The position numbers were made by a program, and so were the translations under genes. Positions 30,351 through 39,444 of a DNA stretch of 64,000 nucleotides are shown piece by piece. The DNA is from Alphaproteobacteria bacterium (lineage in GTDB: Bacteria; Pseudomonadota; Alphaproteobacteria; Rs-D84), in NCBI GenBank assembly GCA_017451625.1, contig JAFTNY010000033.1, positions 13,800 through 77,799 of the forward strand, read 5' to 3'. The stretch's first letter is position 1. Every line of letters begins with the position of its first letter. The notes beneath the pieces are model-generated. The model was not told where the DNA came from. It did not search any database and worked only from the letters and a program-made list of their open reading frames with translations.

Positions 30351-30379
30351 TGTTTGTTGGCGTTTTGTGTGATATTATC

Positions 30380-30535
30380 ACTTGCAAAAAATCGCTGTAC
30401 GCGGTAAAATATATGGCGTACAGAATAAAAATAACTGCCGAATCCAATGGGACGATTGTTATCGGCATAATATTTAAAAATTTAATCCCAGATTTCTGCA
30501 TTTTTTATCTCCCACTTTGTGCCGAATCTAATCGT
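30380..30535 (+). repeat. Copy (B) of conserved ~150-bp 5' module upstream of Cys-rich secreted-protein gene
   Basis: ~95% identical to the reverse complement of 51289..51440. It contains the inverted repeat 'ctgtacgc-N14-gcgtacag' and two 'gccgaatc(c/t)aa' boxes. Confidence 0.6.
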
Positions 30536-31112
30536 CGGTTTGGGGTTGGCAATGGTTGTCAACGCAGCATCCGCTGCAACGTTAGTTTTTGCAAATACAA
30601 CCGGTGGAAGTATGTCAGGTTCCGGAACTTATATCAATCCAAGTTCAAACCAATACTATAAATGTTCGAATAGTTTTACCGCAGGTTGCAGTGGGTATGC
30701 CGCCGCCAGAATTTCTTATTCATCGCGCACCAGCGGCAGTGGTACTTCCACCAACCCCTACATACTAACCAATTGTTCTATATCTGCGTGTTTATGTGAT
30801 TACACTGTTGTGTATACATCCAGTGGATGCGGTTCCACCTGCAGTTATGGACTGCGCGCCACGCCGGCCAGTGCAACAGGTGATGCCCAATATCATCAAA
30901 ACACAGCATGTAATTACTGTGGTTATAATAATTATGTATACAGTTTTAGTCCCGCCCCAGGGGTGACGGTAAAACAATGCAACACATGCCCCAATGGTGG
31001 CACCAGTGATGGAACAGGCGACATTACATCATGTTGTCTTGCCGCAAATTGGACAGGTACAGACGAAAAGGGAACGTTCAAGTGTGGCAGTTCCGCATGT
31101 TATCAAAATTAA
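30519..31112 (+). CDS. Secreted Cys/Ser/Thr/Gly-rich protein (cysteine-rich secreted family)
   Basis: GTG start inside the conserved module ('MPNLIVGLGLAMVVNAASAATLVFA' signal-like). 19 Cys; 'CNTCPNGGTSDGTGDITSCC' motif. Confidence 0.6.
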   Translation: MPNLIVGLGLAMVVNAASAATLVFANTTGGSMSGSGTYINPSSNQYYKCSNSFTAGCSGYAAARISYSSRTSGSGTSTNPYILTNCSISACLCDYTVVYTSSGCGSTCSYGLRATPASATGDAQYHQNTACNYCGYNNYVYSFSPAPGVTVKQCNTCPNGGTSDGTGDITSCCLAANWTGTDEKGTFKCGSSACYQN

Positions 31113-31140
31113 AAATCCCCCGAACGGGGGATTTTTTTTA
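31110..31140. terminator. Bidirectional rho-independent terminator
   Basis: 'aaaaatcccccgaacgggggatttttttt'. Confidence 0.8.
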
Positions 31141-31845
31141 TTACAATTCAACCTTGCCGTTGGTGGCAACCAAATCTGCCATCATTTCGATATGACCGCC
31201 TGCCTCGCGTACAATTAAATCGCCGGCGGCAATTTCTGCAAAGTCCAATGGATCAGATACAAACGCATCCAGTTTGCCCGCCGCAACCCATGCCAAGTCC
31301 AACGCCGGACATCCTGTACGACGTACATCCCCAATCATTGGACGACAATCAGACGTATTATAACCAATGGTCAATTCAGATGGTTCTGAAATGTTTGAAA
31401 CCTTGATACGGGCAGAATGATATGTTGAATAAATGTATGCGCCACGTCCCGCTTCGGCATAATACAGGCGTTCATCAATCGGCGAATACACCAATGCGAT
31501 TTTCGTTTCGTCATTTGAACGCAATGCCAATGAAATTGCAAAATGCGAATTTCCGCGCACAAAATTAGATGCCCCCGACAGCGACAGTATAAATTCATCG
31601 CGTCCATCGCCTGAACGCGACACGTTCGGTGTCAACAGGCCGGCCGACGGACGAACCAGCAACAGGTCATTTAAAATACTGTCTTCGATACGGTTGGCCG
31701 CCTTTTGCACAAAATCGCGTGCGCTGCGCAAGGATTGTTGCAGATTTTCAACCTCGCCAAAATCGCGACGCAATGAAGCGGCGGTCCGTTGCAACGCCAT
31801 AAACATTTTATTTAATTCAGTTGAACCCTTGATTAACAGTTCCAT
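31141..31845 (-). CDS. Inositol monophosphatase (IMPase/SuhB) family protein, catalytic motif degenerate
   Basis: C-terminal 'LDLAWVAAGKLDAF...EAGGHI' matches the IMPase signature. The expected 'D-P-[IL]-D-G-T' metal-binding motif is replaced by 'LSLSGAS'. Confidence 0.55.
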   Translation of the reverse strand: MELLIKGSTELNKMFMALQRTAASLRRDFGEVENLQQSLRSARDFVQKAANRIEDSILNDLLLVRPSAGLLTPNVSRSGDGRDEFILSLSGASNFVRGNSHFAISLALRSNDETKIALVYSPIDERLYYAEAGRGAYIYSTYHSARIKVSNISEPSELTIGYNTSDCRPMIGDVRRTGCPALDLAWVAAGKLDAFVSDPLDFAEIAAGDLIVREAGGHIEMMADLVATNGKVEL

Positions 31846-31903
31846 GTCGTTGCCCCCATATTGTCAGACAGTATTATACAGATTTATATTTTTGCCGAAT
31901 TAA

Positions 31904-32116
31904 TTAGAAATTAAAGCCAGCAAACTTGTTTTTGAACTGGGTTGCGCGCTGGCCCTTTTCACCGGCGTTTGAACGCTGGCCTGTCCATGCGGAATGGTTC
32001 AAGTTATCTGTCGACAAAACCAAGTCTTTTTTGACCGAAGAATACATTTTTACCGTCTTGCCATCTGTTCTGGTGACGTTGATTTCGTGGTATTCTGGAT
32101 GAATTCCTTTTTTCAT
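31904..32116 (-). CDS. rpmE: 50S ribosomal protein L31 (no zinc-ribbon cysteines)
   Basis: 'MKKGIHPEYHEINV...' is a canonical L31 N-terminus. No CxxC pairs are present. Confidence 0.9.
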   Translation of the reverse strand: MKKGIHPEYHEINVTRTDGKTVKMYSSVKKDLVLSTDNLNHSAWTGQRSNAGEKGQRATQFKNKFAGFNF

Positions 32117-32193
32117 AGTGTTTACCTCTGTTTAAAATTTTAGCCCGCAAATTATACAAGGATTTTTACAGAAATCAAGTAATAATAGCAATA

Positions 32194-32703
32194 TTAATAT
32201 CGTCCAATACACCCCAGATATGAATTGCCGGTCGATTCCAGTACATTTATAAACTGGCTTTGGTTTCTGCCTGAAAACAGTGCCAATATTGTCCCTGCAT
32301 CTGTGGCCAGCATATCAGCCACCGTTGCAATACCTGAATTCATCTTTTTGAAAAATCCACTGGTTGGGTATATTTCTGCCGCCAACAGTTGTGTCTGTCC
32401 CCGCGGTTTTGCGTTTTTCTGGGATTCAATAACCATCAGTTGGCATTCTGGCGAAATAATCACTTTGTCAGACACGATTCCATCACCCCCCAACAGTTCG
32501 CCCCACCAACCGGTTGATTCGCAGAACACAGGGTAATAAATCACCGCATTCGGATTGTCGGCCAAGATGGTCGCAATGTCGACATCGTCTGAACATACAT
32601 CAGGCATAACGCCCGTTGCATTATTGATAACTTTGCGTGCCAACTGGTATTCACAATCCCCAGTTGTCTTGCGTGGCCAGTAAAGAATCGGAAACTTTGT
32701 CAT
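32194..32703 (-). CDS. Hypothetical protein
   Basis: 169 aa with no motif I can assign. Confidence 0.35.
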   Translation of the reverse strand: MTKFPILYWPRKTTGDCEYQLARKVINNATGVMPDVCSDDVDIATILADNPNAVIYYPVFCESTGWWGELLGGDGIVSDKVIISPECQLMVIESQKNAKPRGQTQLLAAEIYPTSGFFKKMNSGIATVADMLATDAGTILALFSGRNQSQFINVLESTGNSYLGCIGRY

Positions 32704-32771
32704 TGCTATGAATTATATCAGATTCGGTGCATGCAAAAAAGGGGGGCAGGTTAAATAAAGCACTTGATTTT

Positions 32772-34061
32772 TTATTTTTTTATCGCGGCGTACCATTTTT
32801 TCAGGTTTTCCCACACAATATTGGCGTTCTTTTTTGCTGTGTCATAGAAGTCTGTTGATACCTGAACCTTAAACAAAGTCTTGGACAGGGCCGGAATCAT
32901 TGTCATAAACATTGCAAAGAATATCCCCATCAAAACAATTGTTATCAAACTGTCATTGCGCATCATCAGTGCATCCATCAAAAATTTCGAATCGTTTTGA
33001 CTTAACGCGGTCGCCAATGCTGGCGCGCCCGCCCAGTCGCCAAACACCGCGTCCAAGAACATAATTGCAAACGAAACAAATATACCTGTGATTGCCAATG
33101 CAAATGTTGCACTGATAACATAATCAACAATTCCACGAATCGTTTTTCCGGCCCCTGCCAGTGAAATTTTCCACCCTTTGAACAGCCACGCCAACAGCAT
33201 CAACGGCAACATAACCAGATCCATTGACAGTGTTATAAATATCTCTAAAAAGTACATCGGAATCGGCAACAGTGCCATAAAGAACAGCACCAATATCGCC
33301 AGTCCTGCAAAAAACAGAATAACGTTTGGGAAAATTGGAATGTCCCACAAAATTTTATGCATATAGTCTGCATCAAACGCCATATTCAGCATTGTCCACC
33401 CGACCGTCATCCCCAGACCCGTCATCTGATGCACGCCGGCCAATTCACACGCCAGATTGTGGCGCAGTCGTGGTGAAAACGCCCCCGCGTTTGCCGCATT
33501 TGTATCAACCGACACTGGATCTGCGATTGCCGTCGCGACGACACATGCATCAAAGGTATCGTCATGCACAACCGCGCGATTCAGCGACAGCCCGACATTG
33601 AAAATTGGTTCAATCGCGATTTCAGAAATCATTCGTGGCAATGGCGCGACCAAAAACGCGCACACAATCCCCAATCGTACCAGATGGTTTGTAAACGTGC
33701 TGGCCAGCGACCATGGCTGTTCTGTCTTGGCGTTCAAGAATCCGTCCATCAATCGCCATGCAAACCATATCGCAGACAGCATTATTGCAAACGGGATTAT
33801 TGTATGCCCCAGTGCATCGTAAATTCGCGGCAAGATGCCCGACATGGTTGCCATAACGTCTGAAAACATTTGGCATGACCAGCAACTGGAAAAGAATTGA
33901 TATGCGTCCGCCATGCTGACCGGCACTGCAGATCGATATATTGAAAAACCGGCAATAACGCCGACACCGGCGATGCCTGCGATAACAAATGGTGCCACCG
34001 CCCCCGCCGTCCATGGCAAGAACGATAAAAACACAATCCAAAATTTTTTTAACCGGCTCAT
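32772..34061 (-). CDS. Polytopic membrane protein, paralog 1 of a 5-member tandem family (tentatively VirB6/TrbL-like)
   Basis: ATG at 34061 ('MSRLKKFWIV...'); 'SSCWSCQMFSDV' C-x-x-C...F motif, then multiple TM helices. The Lys-rich amphipathic C-terminus ('...WENLKKWYAAIKK') is shared with the paralogs. Confidence 0.55.
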   Translation of the reverse strand: MSRLKKFWIVFLSFLPWTAGAVAPFVIAGIAGVGVIAGFSIYRSAVPVSMADAYQFFSSCWSCQMFSDVMATMSGILPRIYDALGHTIIPFAIMLSAIWFAWRLMDGFLNAKTEQPWSLASTFTNHLVRLGIVCAFLVAPLPRMISEIAIEPIFNVGLSLNRAVVHDDTFDACVVATAIADPVSVDTNAANAGAFSPRLRHNLACELAGVHQMTGLGMTVGWTMLNMAFDADYMHKILWDIPIFPNVILFFAGLAILVLFFMALLPIPMYFLEIFITLSMDLVMLPLMLLAWLFKGWKISLAGAGKTIRGIVDYVISATFALAITGIFVSFAIMFLDAVFGDWAGAPALATALSQNDSKFLMDALMMRNDSLITIVLMGIFFAMFMTMIPALSKTLFKVQVSTDFYDTAKKNANIVWENLKKWYAAIKK

Positions 34062-34071
34062 TGTTTTTAAG

Positions 34072-34101
34072 TATATCACATTTTGTCCCAAATGTGATAT
34101 A
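34072..34101. promoter_or_regulatory. Perfect 12-bp inverted repeat in divergent promoter region between paralog 1 and paralog 2
   Basis: 'tatatcacattt-gtccc-aaatgtgatata' centred in the 68-bp intergenic region. Confidence 0.5.
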
Positions 34102-34129
34102 ATTGAAATGATAAATATAAAAGCCGAGA

Positions 34130-35404
34130 ATGTATTTGTTGAAAAAAATATTATGTACGCTGATATTTGCTGCGGTGTTTTGCACGCCGGTATCTGCGTA
34201 CGCAGACAACAGTATTATTGATGCTTTGAATTTGGCACCGTTTGTTCCACTGGTGTTGGATGCGTTGATGACGGTTGCCACAGGTGGCTATGAATACTTT
34301 GTTGGCCATGACGGCCATGGAATTATCTATGTATTTATTTGGATTTTCTTGGGTACAACAATTTTATTGTCATTGGTAAAAATGTACTGGCCGCAACAGT
34401 GGCTGGGGTTTGTCGGTCTGTCCGGTGGTGGCGAAATTGCCGCTGGTAAAACAAACGGATATAAAGTCATCGAAAACACAGCCAAGCCCGCATTTCGCGC
34501 ATTGATTGCTGCAATCTTTTTATTACAGGTACAACCAACGTTTTTGACCCAGTGGCTGGTTAATCCGTTTTTACAGTTGGGTGCAGTCTATACGCATCAC
34601 ATCACAGACCAGATAAACGAATCGGGCGTGTCTGCGCCTGCGGTGGCATGTCCCTATGACGTTGTCGATAATGCATGGTTGACCCCAGAATCGTGCGAAT
34701 TTCTGGTTCAGCCGGTGGCAGATTTATCGCATGCAAACAACCAGATTGTAAAACGTGGCTTTGAATTTATCACGCGTGGTCTGCGCGGGCTGATAACATT
34801 GGTGCCGCATGGTGGCGCGGACTTTATGAATCTGATAACGGGGATTTTATTGGTCTTTACCTTTGTGTCCAGTAATTTGTTTATGGCACTGCTGATTATC
34901 CAAGGAATATTTAATTTTGGAATGCAGTTAATTTTGTATCCGTTTTATGTTCTGACCTATGTTATGAAGTCCAGCGATAAATGGTTCGACATATGGCCGG
35001 TATTCAGTGGTATAACCAAGGCCCTGCAACAACTGATTATAACAATGATTGCGTGTGGTTTTATTTTGTGTGTTAACTTGGCGATAATCAAGGCCCTGTT
35101 CCAGTGGGACACGTCCATATTTGTTGTTGCCGCCGGTGGCACCGCCACCAGTAATGTTCCAACCACTGCAAATTCTGCAATGGGATTTGGCGAACATTCA
35201 CTGACGTGGATGTCGGCAATATTGACGTTCTATTTGATGTTCAAGATATTTGATATGACGCAAAAGCAACTGCAAAAATACATCGGCGGTGGAATGGATG
35301 GGCTGTATAAACAGGTAAAATCTGATGCAGGCACAATGACATCTAATCTTAAAAATTGGGGCCAGAAAATCGGCACAGCAATCGGTTGGTTAAAGAAAAA
35401 ATAA
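34130..35404 (+). CDS. Polytopic membrane protein, paralog 2 (signal peptide + multi-TM)
   Basis: Signal peptide 'MYLLKKILCTLIFAAVFCTPVSAYA'. Conserved 'NPFLQLGAVYTHH' segment; C-terminal '...NWGQKIGTAIGWLKKK'. Confidence 0.55.
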   Translation: MYLLKKILCTLIFAAVFCTPVSAYADNSIIDALNLAPFVPLVLDALMTVATGGYEYFVGHDGHGIIYVFIWIFLGTTILLSLVKMYWPQQWLGFVGLSGGGEIAAGKTNGYKVIENTAKPAFRALIAAIFLLQVQPTFLTQWLVNPFLQLGAVYTHHITDQINESGVSAPAVACPYDVVDNAWLTPESCEFLVQPVADLSHANNQIVKRGFEFITRGLRGLITLVPHGGADFMNLITGILLVFTFVSSNLFMALLIIQGIFNFGMQLILYPFYVLTYVMKSSDKWFDIWPVFSGITKALQQLIITMIACGFILCVNLAIIKALFQWDTSIFVVAAGGTATSNVPTTANSAMGFGEHSLTWMSAILTFYLMFKIFDMTQKQLQKYIGGGMDGLYKQVKSDAGTMTSNLKNWGQKIGTAIGWLKKK

Positions 35405-35405
35405 A

Positions 35406-36599
35406 ATGAACGACGTGTTAACATCTTTGGTGGATAAAACGGTGCAGTGTTGGGGCTGTGGGTTGTTTGACCGTCTGTTCCAAGTTGTATCGGATGCCGC
35501 CGCCGCCGCGTATCAGCAAATGTCAACCGTCTGCATAATTTTGTTTTGTACGCTGTTTTCCTTCTTTGTACTGCATGCGGTATGGCAGACGATTAAGGGT
35601 GGCACATCTGACCCATGGTACGAGAAGTCTGTACAAAAGGTTTTTATTAACGCGATTGTGTGCATCGGGCTGTTAAGTATGGGGGTGGTTTTGCCGCGCT
35701 TTATCACAACAATCACTGTTGAACCGGCGGCGCAAATCGCCACCGCGTACACGCAGGCAATGGTTCAGCAAGATACCATCAGCGTCGAAGACAAGGTTGA
35801 CTATCAACCAATGGAAATGAGTGATTCCGGATTCTATCGTCCCCAGTTGCGCGACAAAATTATTCTGTTGATGAAGACAACGATTACACAGTTCCAATCA
35901 TATATGAAACTGGGAATCGCGGTTATGGATCGTGCGTTTTCATGGGATGCGTTGCTGGGGATTGGCAGTTTCTTGAAACACGTGATTTTGTTTGCAATCG
36001 GTCTGTATTTGACATGGGGATTTTTTAAACTGTTTTTCAGATACTGCTGCTATTTTGCAGACATCATAATTGCGATGACCTTTTTTGCATTTTTCTTTCC
36101 GTTGTCCTTGATGCTGTTCGCGTTCAAGGGTGCCAGCAACGTCCCCGGTTGGATTGGCAAGATGGGGCAAAATCTGGGGACCAGCCAATTAAAGAATCTG
36201 ATAAACGCAATAATTACATTGTCATCTGCGGTCATAACCTATACCGTCATCATGGTTATTATTGCCAAGTTCTTTTCCCTATCTGGTGCAGACACCACAA
36301 CCTTGATGCAGGCGATTACATCTGGTCAGGTTTTTGCCGATGATTTAAACACTGAAAATTTGCAGGCCATGACACTGGCCAGTTGCATAATCTTGGTATA
36401 CGTACTGAATTACATCTATGGTCAAATCCCCCAGATTTCCAAGATGATTCTGTCTGCATTTGGTGTCAGTGAAGAAAAATCAGAAAGTGAACAGTTGGCA
36501 AATGATATGTTGCACCTGACCAGTACGATATGGGAAAATGCCAAGAAAATAGGCACAACGATTATCAAAGGCGGCGAAACAGGGGACGGTAAGAAATAA
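35406..36599 (+). CDS. Polytopic membrane protein, paralog 3
   Basis: 'VQCWGCGLFDRLFQVV' motif; C-terminal '...WENAKKIG...GDGKK'. The start lies 2 nt after the stop of paralog 2. Confidence 0.55.
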   Translation: MNDVLTSLVDKTVQCWGCGLFDRLFQVVSDAAAAAYQQMSTVCIILFCTLFSFFVLHAVWQTIKGGTSDPWYEKSVQKVFINAIVCIGLLSMGVVLPRFITTITVEPAAQIATAYTQAMVQQDTISVEDKVDYQPMEMSDSGFYRPQLRDKIILLMKTTITQFQSYMKLGIAVMDRAFSWDALLGIGSFLKHVILFAIGLYLTWGFFKLFFRYCCYFADIIIAMTFFAFFFPLSLMLFAFKGASNVPGWIGKMGQNLGTSQLKNLINAIITLSSAVITYTVIMVIIAKFFSLSGADTTTLMQAITSGQVFADDLNTENLQAMTLASCIILVYVLNYIYGQIPQISKMILSAFGVSEEKSESEQLANDMLHLTSTIWENAKKIGTTIIKGGETGDGKK

Positions 36600-38086
36600 T
36601 GCTAAAAGCACAGTTGATTTTAATTGCTGTTCGATTGATTATGGGTGCGATTGCGCTGGGGCTGGGCGTGTGGTATGTGTCGTCGTCGATTGGTGGTGCG
36701 TCATTGACATATACCAGTATGAATAACTTTCTGACCGCGGTTGGGGTTGAAAATGGCGATATTGCCAGTGCCAATGGTTGCTTTCTGTGCGGGTATATTT
36801 CAGACCTGTTTTCTGTGATTGGCGGTGCCACAGAACGATTCTGGAATTTGATGGTTGATAACATATGGGTATTGATGGTTATCGGTTTTGGAATATATAT
36901 CTTTATTCATACTGTCCAATATATTTTTGACCATGCGAAAAAGACCGCCACACTGGACCCCAAGGAACACAAAATCGAAGTGCAGGCATGGTTCGACAAA
37001 ATTTGGAAACAGGGCGTTCGCATACTGATTGTCGGTGTGCTGATGGGTGCGTTGGGAATGGGCGGAACGGCGGCACTGAAAACAATTTCCCAGATAACAA
37101 TTACACCGGTTTTGTATGTTGGCTCTGAATTATCTATGTTGGCCACTGGTGTGTCTGATGCGGCCCAGTGTGGTGCGTTGGGGGCGATTGGACAATCCGC
37201 CGCCACAGATATTTTAAACCCAATTATGCAGCCGTTTATGTGCGTAATGGGCAATATCAACAGTGTAATGTTGGCGGGGGCGGCCGGTGGCTTCGCCATG
37301 ATGAATTATGCATGGTTGGGGTTGGGCGGTGGCGCATTGACATGGATGGCCGGATTGGTTTTAGTACTAATGTTCTTGGTTATCGGTTTTGATTTATTTT
37401 TTCAGATTCTGTCTGTTGTCTTTAAATTGATATTCTTGATAATATTTTTACCGCTGCTGTTGGCGGCAACTGCGTTTGAAAACATCTGGGCCAAGGCCAG
37501 TGGACTAATGAGCAAGGCCGTCGGAATGCTGGTGTCGTCGGCGGTTCGGATTGTGGCAATAACGCTGAAAGTTATGGTTATCTATGCAACTGTGTCATAT
37601 GCGGCCGATTCCTATTTCCCTGCGCCAAACGATGGATACAGTTCTGTTTTGCCACCAATGATGGGGGCGCGTGCAGAAAATCCAGACGCACAAACATTGT
37701 CGGTGATGAATGTGTTTGCCACATGCGAACAGGTTGCATTGGTCGACGGCGAAATGGATGCAGATAAATTTAAAAATTGCTTTACCGCACGCCGCGCCGA
37801 AGTGGAACGCACGTATCCCAATGCATTTGACTTTATGGACAATGGGCTTGAATTTTTATTGATGATGCTGTTCTTGTTCTTTTTGTATTATTATGCAATC
37901 AGTCCGCAAATCGACAAACTGTTGCCCAGTGGCGGTATCAAATTGCCTATCCCGTCTGACAGTTCCAGTGTTGCCTCTGGCGAACAATTTGATTATGGCG
38001 CATGGATTCACGATTTGGGACAAAAGGTTTGGGCGGTGCCTGTTCAAATAACGGAAAAAATCACCAAGGCGATGGGTAAAAAGTAA
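36599..38086 (+). CDS. Polytopic membrane protein, paralog 4
   Basis: 'NGCFLCGYISDLFSVI' motif; the start overlaps the stop of paralog 3 (taATG). Confidence 0.55.
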   Translation: MLKAQLILIAVRLIMGAIALGLGVWYVSSSIGGASLTYTSMNNFLTAVGVENGDIASANGCFLCGYISDLFSVIGGATERFWNLMVDNIWVLMVIGFGIYIFIHTVQYIFDHAKKTATLDPKEHKIEVQAWFDKIWKQGVRILIVGVLMGALGMGGTAALKTISQITITPVLYVGSELSMLATGVSDAAQCGALGAIGQSAATDILNPIMQPFMCVMGNINSVMLAGAAGGFAMMNYAWLGLGGGALTWMAGLVLVLMFLVIGFDLFFQILSVVFKLIFLIIFLPLLLAATAFENIWAKASGLMSKAVGMLVSSAVRIVAITLKVMVIYATVSYAADSYFPAPNDGYSSVLPPMMGARAENPDAQTLSVMNVFATCEQVALVDGEMDADKFKNCFTARRAEVERTYPNAFDFMDNGLEFLLMMLFLFFLYYYAISPQIDKLLPSGGIKLPIPSDSSSVASGEQFDYGAWIHDLGQKVWAVPVQITEKITKAMGKK

Positions 38087-38129
38087 TGAAATTATACGCA
38101 ATCTTTTATCAAAATTAATTGTCGTCGTT

Positions 38130-39386
38130 ATGGTGATTGGCGTGGCAACAACTGCGTTTGGTGCGGCATCAAATGTCCCAATGCCGGACGTAGGCGATTA
38201 CGGCACGTGGGCGACCGAAAACAATCGGCAACTGTTTGTGTCTGAATTAACCAGTGATGTCGACAGTTTCAGTGGCAACTTTCAATCCCAACTGGTCCAA
38301 GACTATGTCCCAATCGAGGCAAAGATTGGTCTAATGTTCATGAATGCAATGTCGTTTGTGGCCGACGTTCTGGATTCATCATTGGTGCGATTTGTTATTA
38401 TATTTATGTTTGTTGTGTTTGCGTTTTGGATTGCGTTTGAAACATACAATATGATGATTTCCGGCAAAGGTAAAACCCAAGAATTGTTTACCAGCATTGC
38501 AAAAAAAGGTCTGTTAATTGTCGTATGGGTTATCGTATTGCGATTTGGACCGGCCCAGATATTTATGTGGATTATGGGCCCGATTATCAGTGTTGCCACA
38601 TACGTATCAGATATTATTTTGAACAGTGTTGCGCACAGTGCCGGTGTATCCTTGCCAGATACCTGTGCGGCAATTCGTGAATACGCCGCCGCGCACACAT
38701 CGACAAACAGTATCATTGATGCCACCGCCGCCGCAGATATGATGTGCGTGCCAACGCGTCTGTCTGGTTTTTGCTATACGGCGGTGGCCACTGGGTTGCA
38801 GTGGATGAAACTGGGCATTGGGCACAGTGCGTTTACATTTGTTGTTGGGCTGGTTTTCGTGGTGATGTTTATTGTCATCGCGTGGAAGTTTGCGTTTATC
38901 GCGCTGGGGGTAATTGCAGATTTATTCTTGGGCGTGATGATGTTGCCGTTTACAGCAATAAACGAAACTGTCGGCAAGACATCGTACAAAGGAATGGTCG
39001 GCGATATATTTAACCAGTTTTTATCAATATTCAGCGTCAGTTCTATTGAAAGTTTGGTAAATAAATTCATCAATGCGGCGGTGTATTTTGTTTCTCTGTC
39101 TATCGTTGTGGCATTTTGTGCTGCGCTGATGTCCAGTATTATACCAGATTTGTCTGGCAATATACCTGCACTGGAAAATCAGGGATTTTGGATAACGCTG
39201 TTGGTGGCGGGATTAACGTTGCATTTTGCAAATCGCGCCCAGTCAATTGCCAAAGATATATCAGGTGGCATGTCGGTGAATACTGGTTTTGGTGATCGTG
39301 TGCGCGGCGATATAACCACCTTGTGGAACAAGACATATGGCACCGCCAAAAATTGGTGGAAGATTATTCGCGATGGCAAGAAATAA
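38130..39386 (+). CDS. Polytopic membrane protein, paralog 5
   Basis: Same architecture and C-terminal '...NWWKIIRDGKK'; it lacks the CxxC. Confidence 0.5.
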   Translation: MVIGVATTAFGAASNVPMPDVGDYGTWATENNRQLFVSELTSDVDSFSGNFQSQLVQDYVPIEAKIGLMFMNAMSFVADVLDSSLVRFVIIFMFVVFAFWIAFETYNMMISGKGKTQELFTSIAKKGLLIVVWVIVLRFGPAQIFMWIMGPIISVATYVSDIILNSVAHSAGVSLPDTCAAIREYAAAHTSTNSIIDATAAADMMCVPTRLSGFCYTAVATGLQWMKLGIGHSAFTFVVGLVFVVMFIVIAWKFAFIALGVIADLFLGVMMLPFTAINETVGKTSYKGMVGDIFNQFLSIFSVSSIESLVNKFINAAVYFVSLSIVVAFCAALMSSIIPDLSGNIPALENQGFWITLLVAGLTLHFANRAQSIAKDISGGMSVNTGFGDRVRGDITTLWNKTYGTAKNWWKIIRDGKK

Positions 39387-39444
39387 TATACAAAAACACT
39401 AATGACTAATCTGTTTTTTTATGATATAATCGATTGAAAAAGAA

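Noticed and set aside
30519-30535. Conserved 'MPNL' N-terminus as evidence of a translated shared leader peptide
   Set aside because: The three copies use different start codons (GTG/TTG/ATG) at the same DNA position, and in copy A the downstream translation lacks signal-peptide character. The conservation is therefore better explained at the DNA/RNA level, and is left ambiguous rather than asserted.
32772-39386. Membrane-paralog array as an ABC-transporter permease or MFS gene cluster
   Set aside because: No ATPase gene with Walker motifs is nearby, there is no 6+6 TM internal symmetry or MFS signature, and the proteins have large non-TM N-terminal regions with CxxC motifs and Lys-rich tails atypical of those families.
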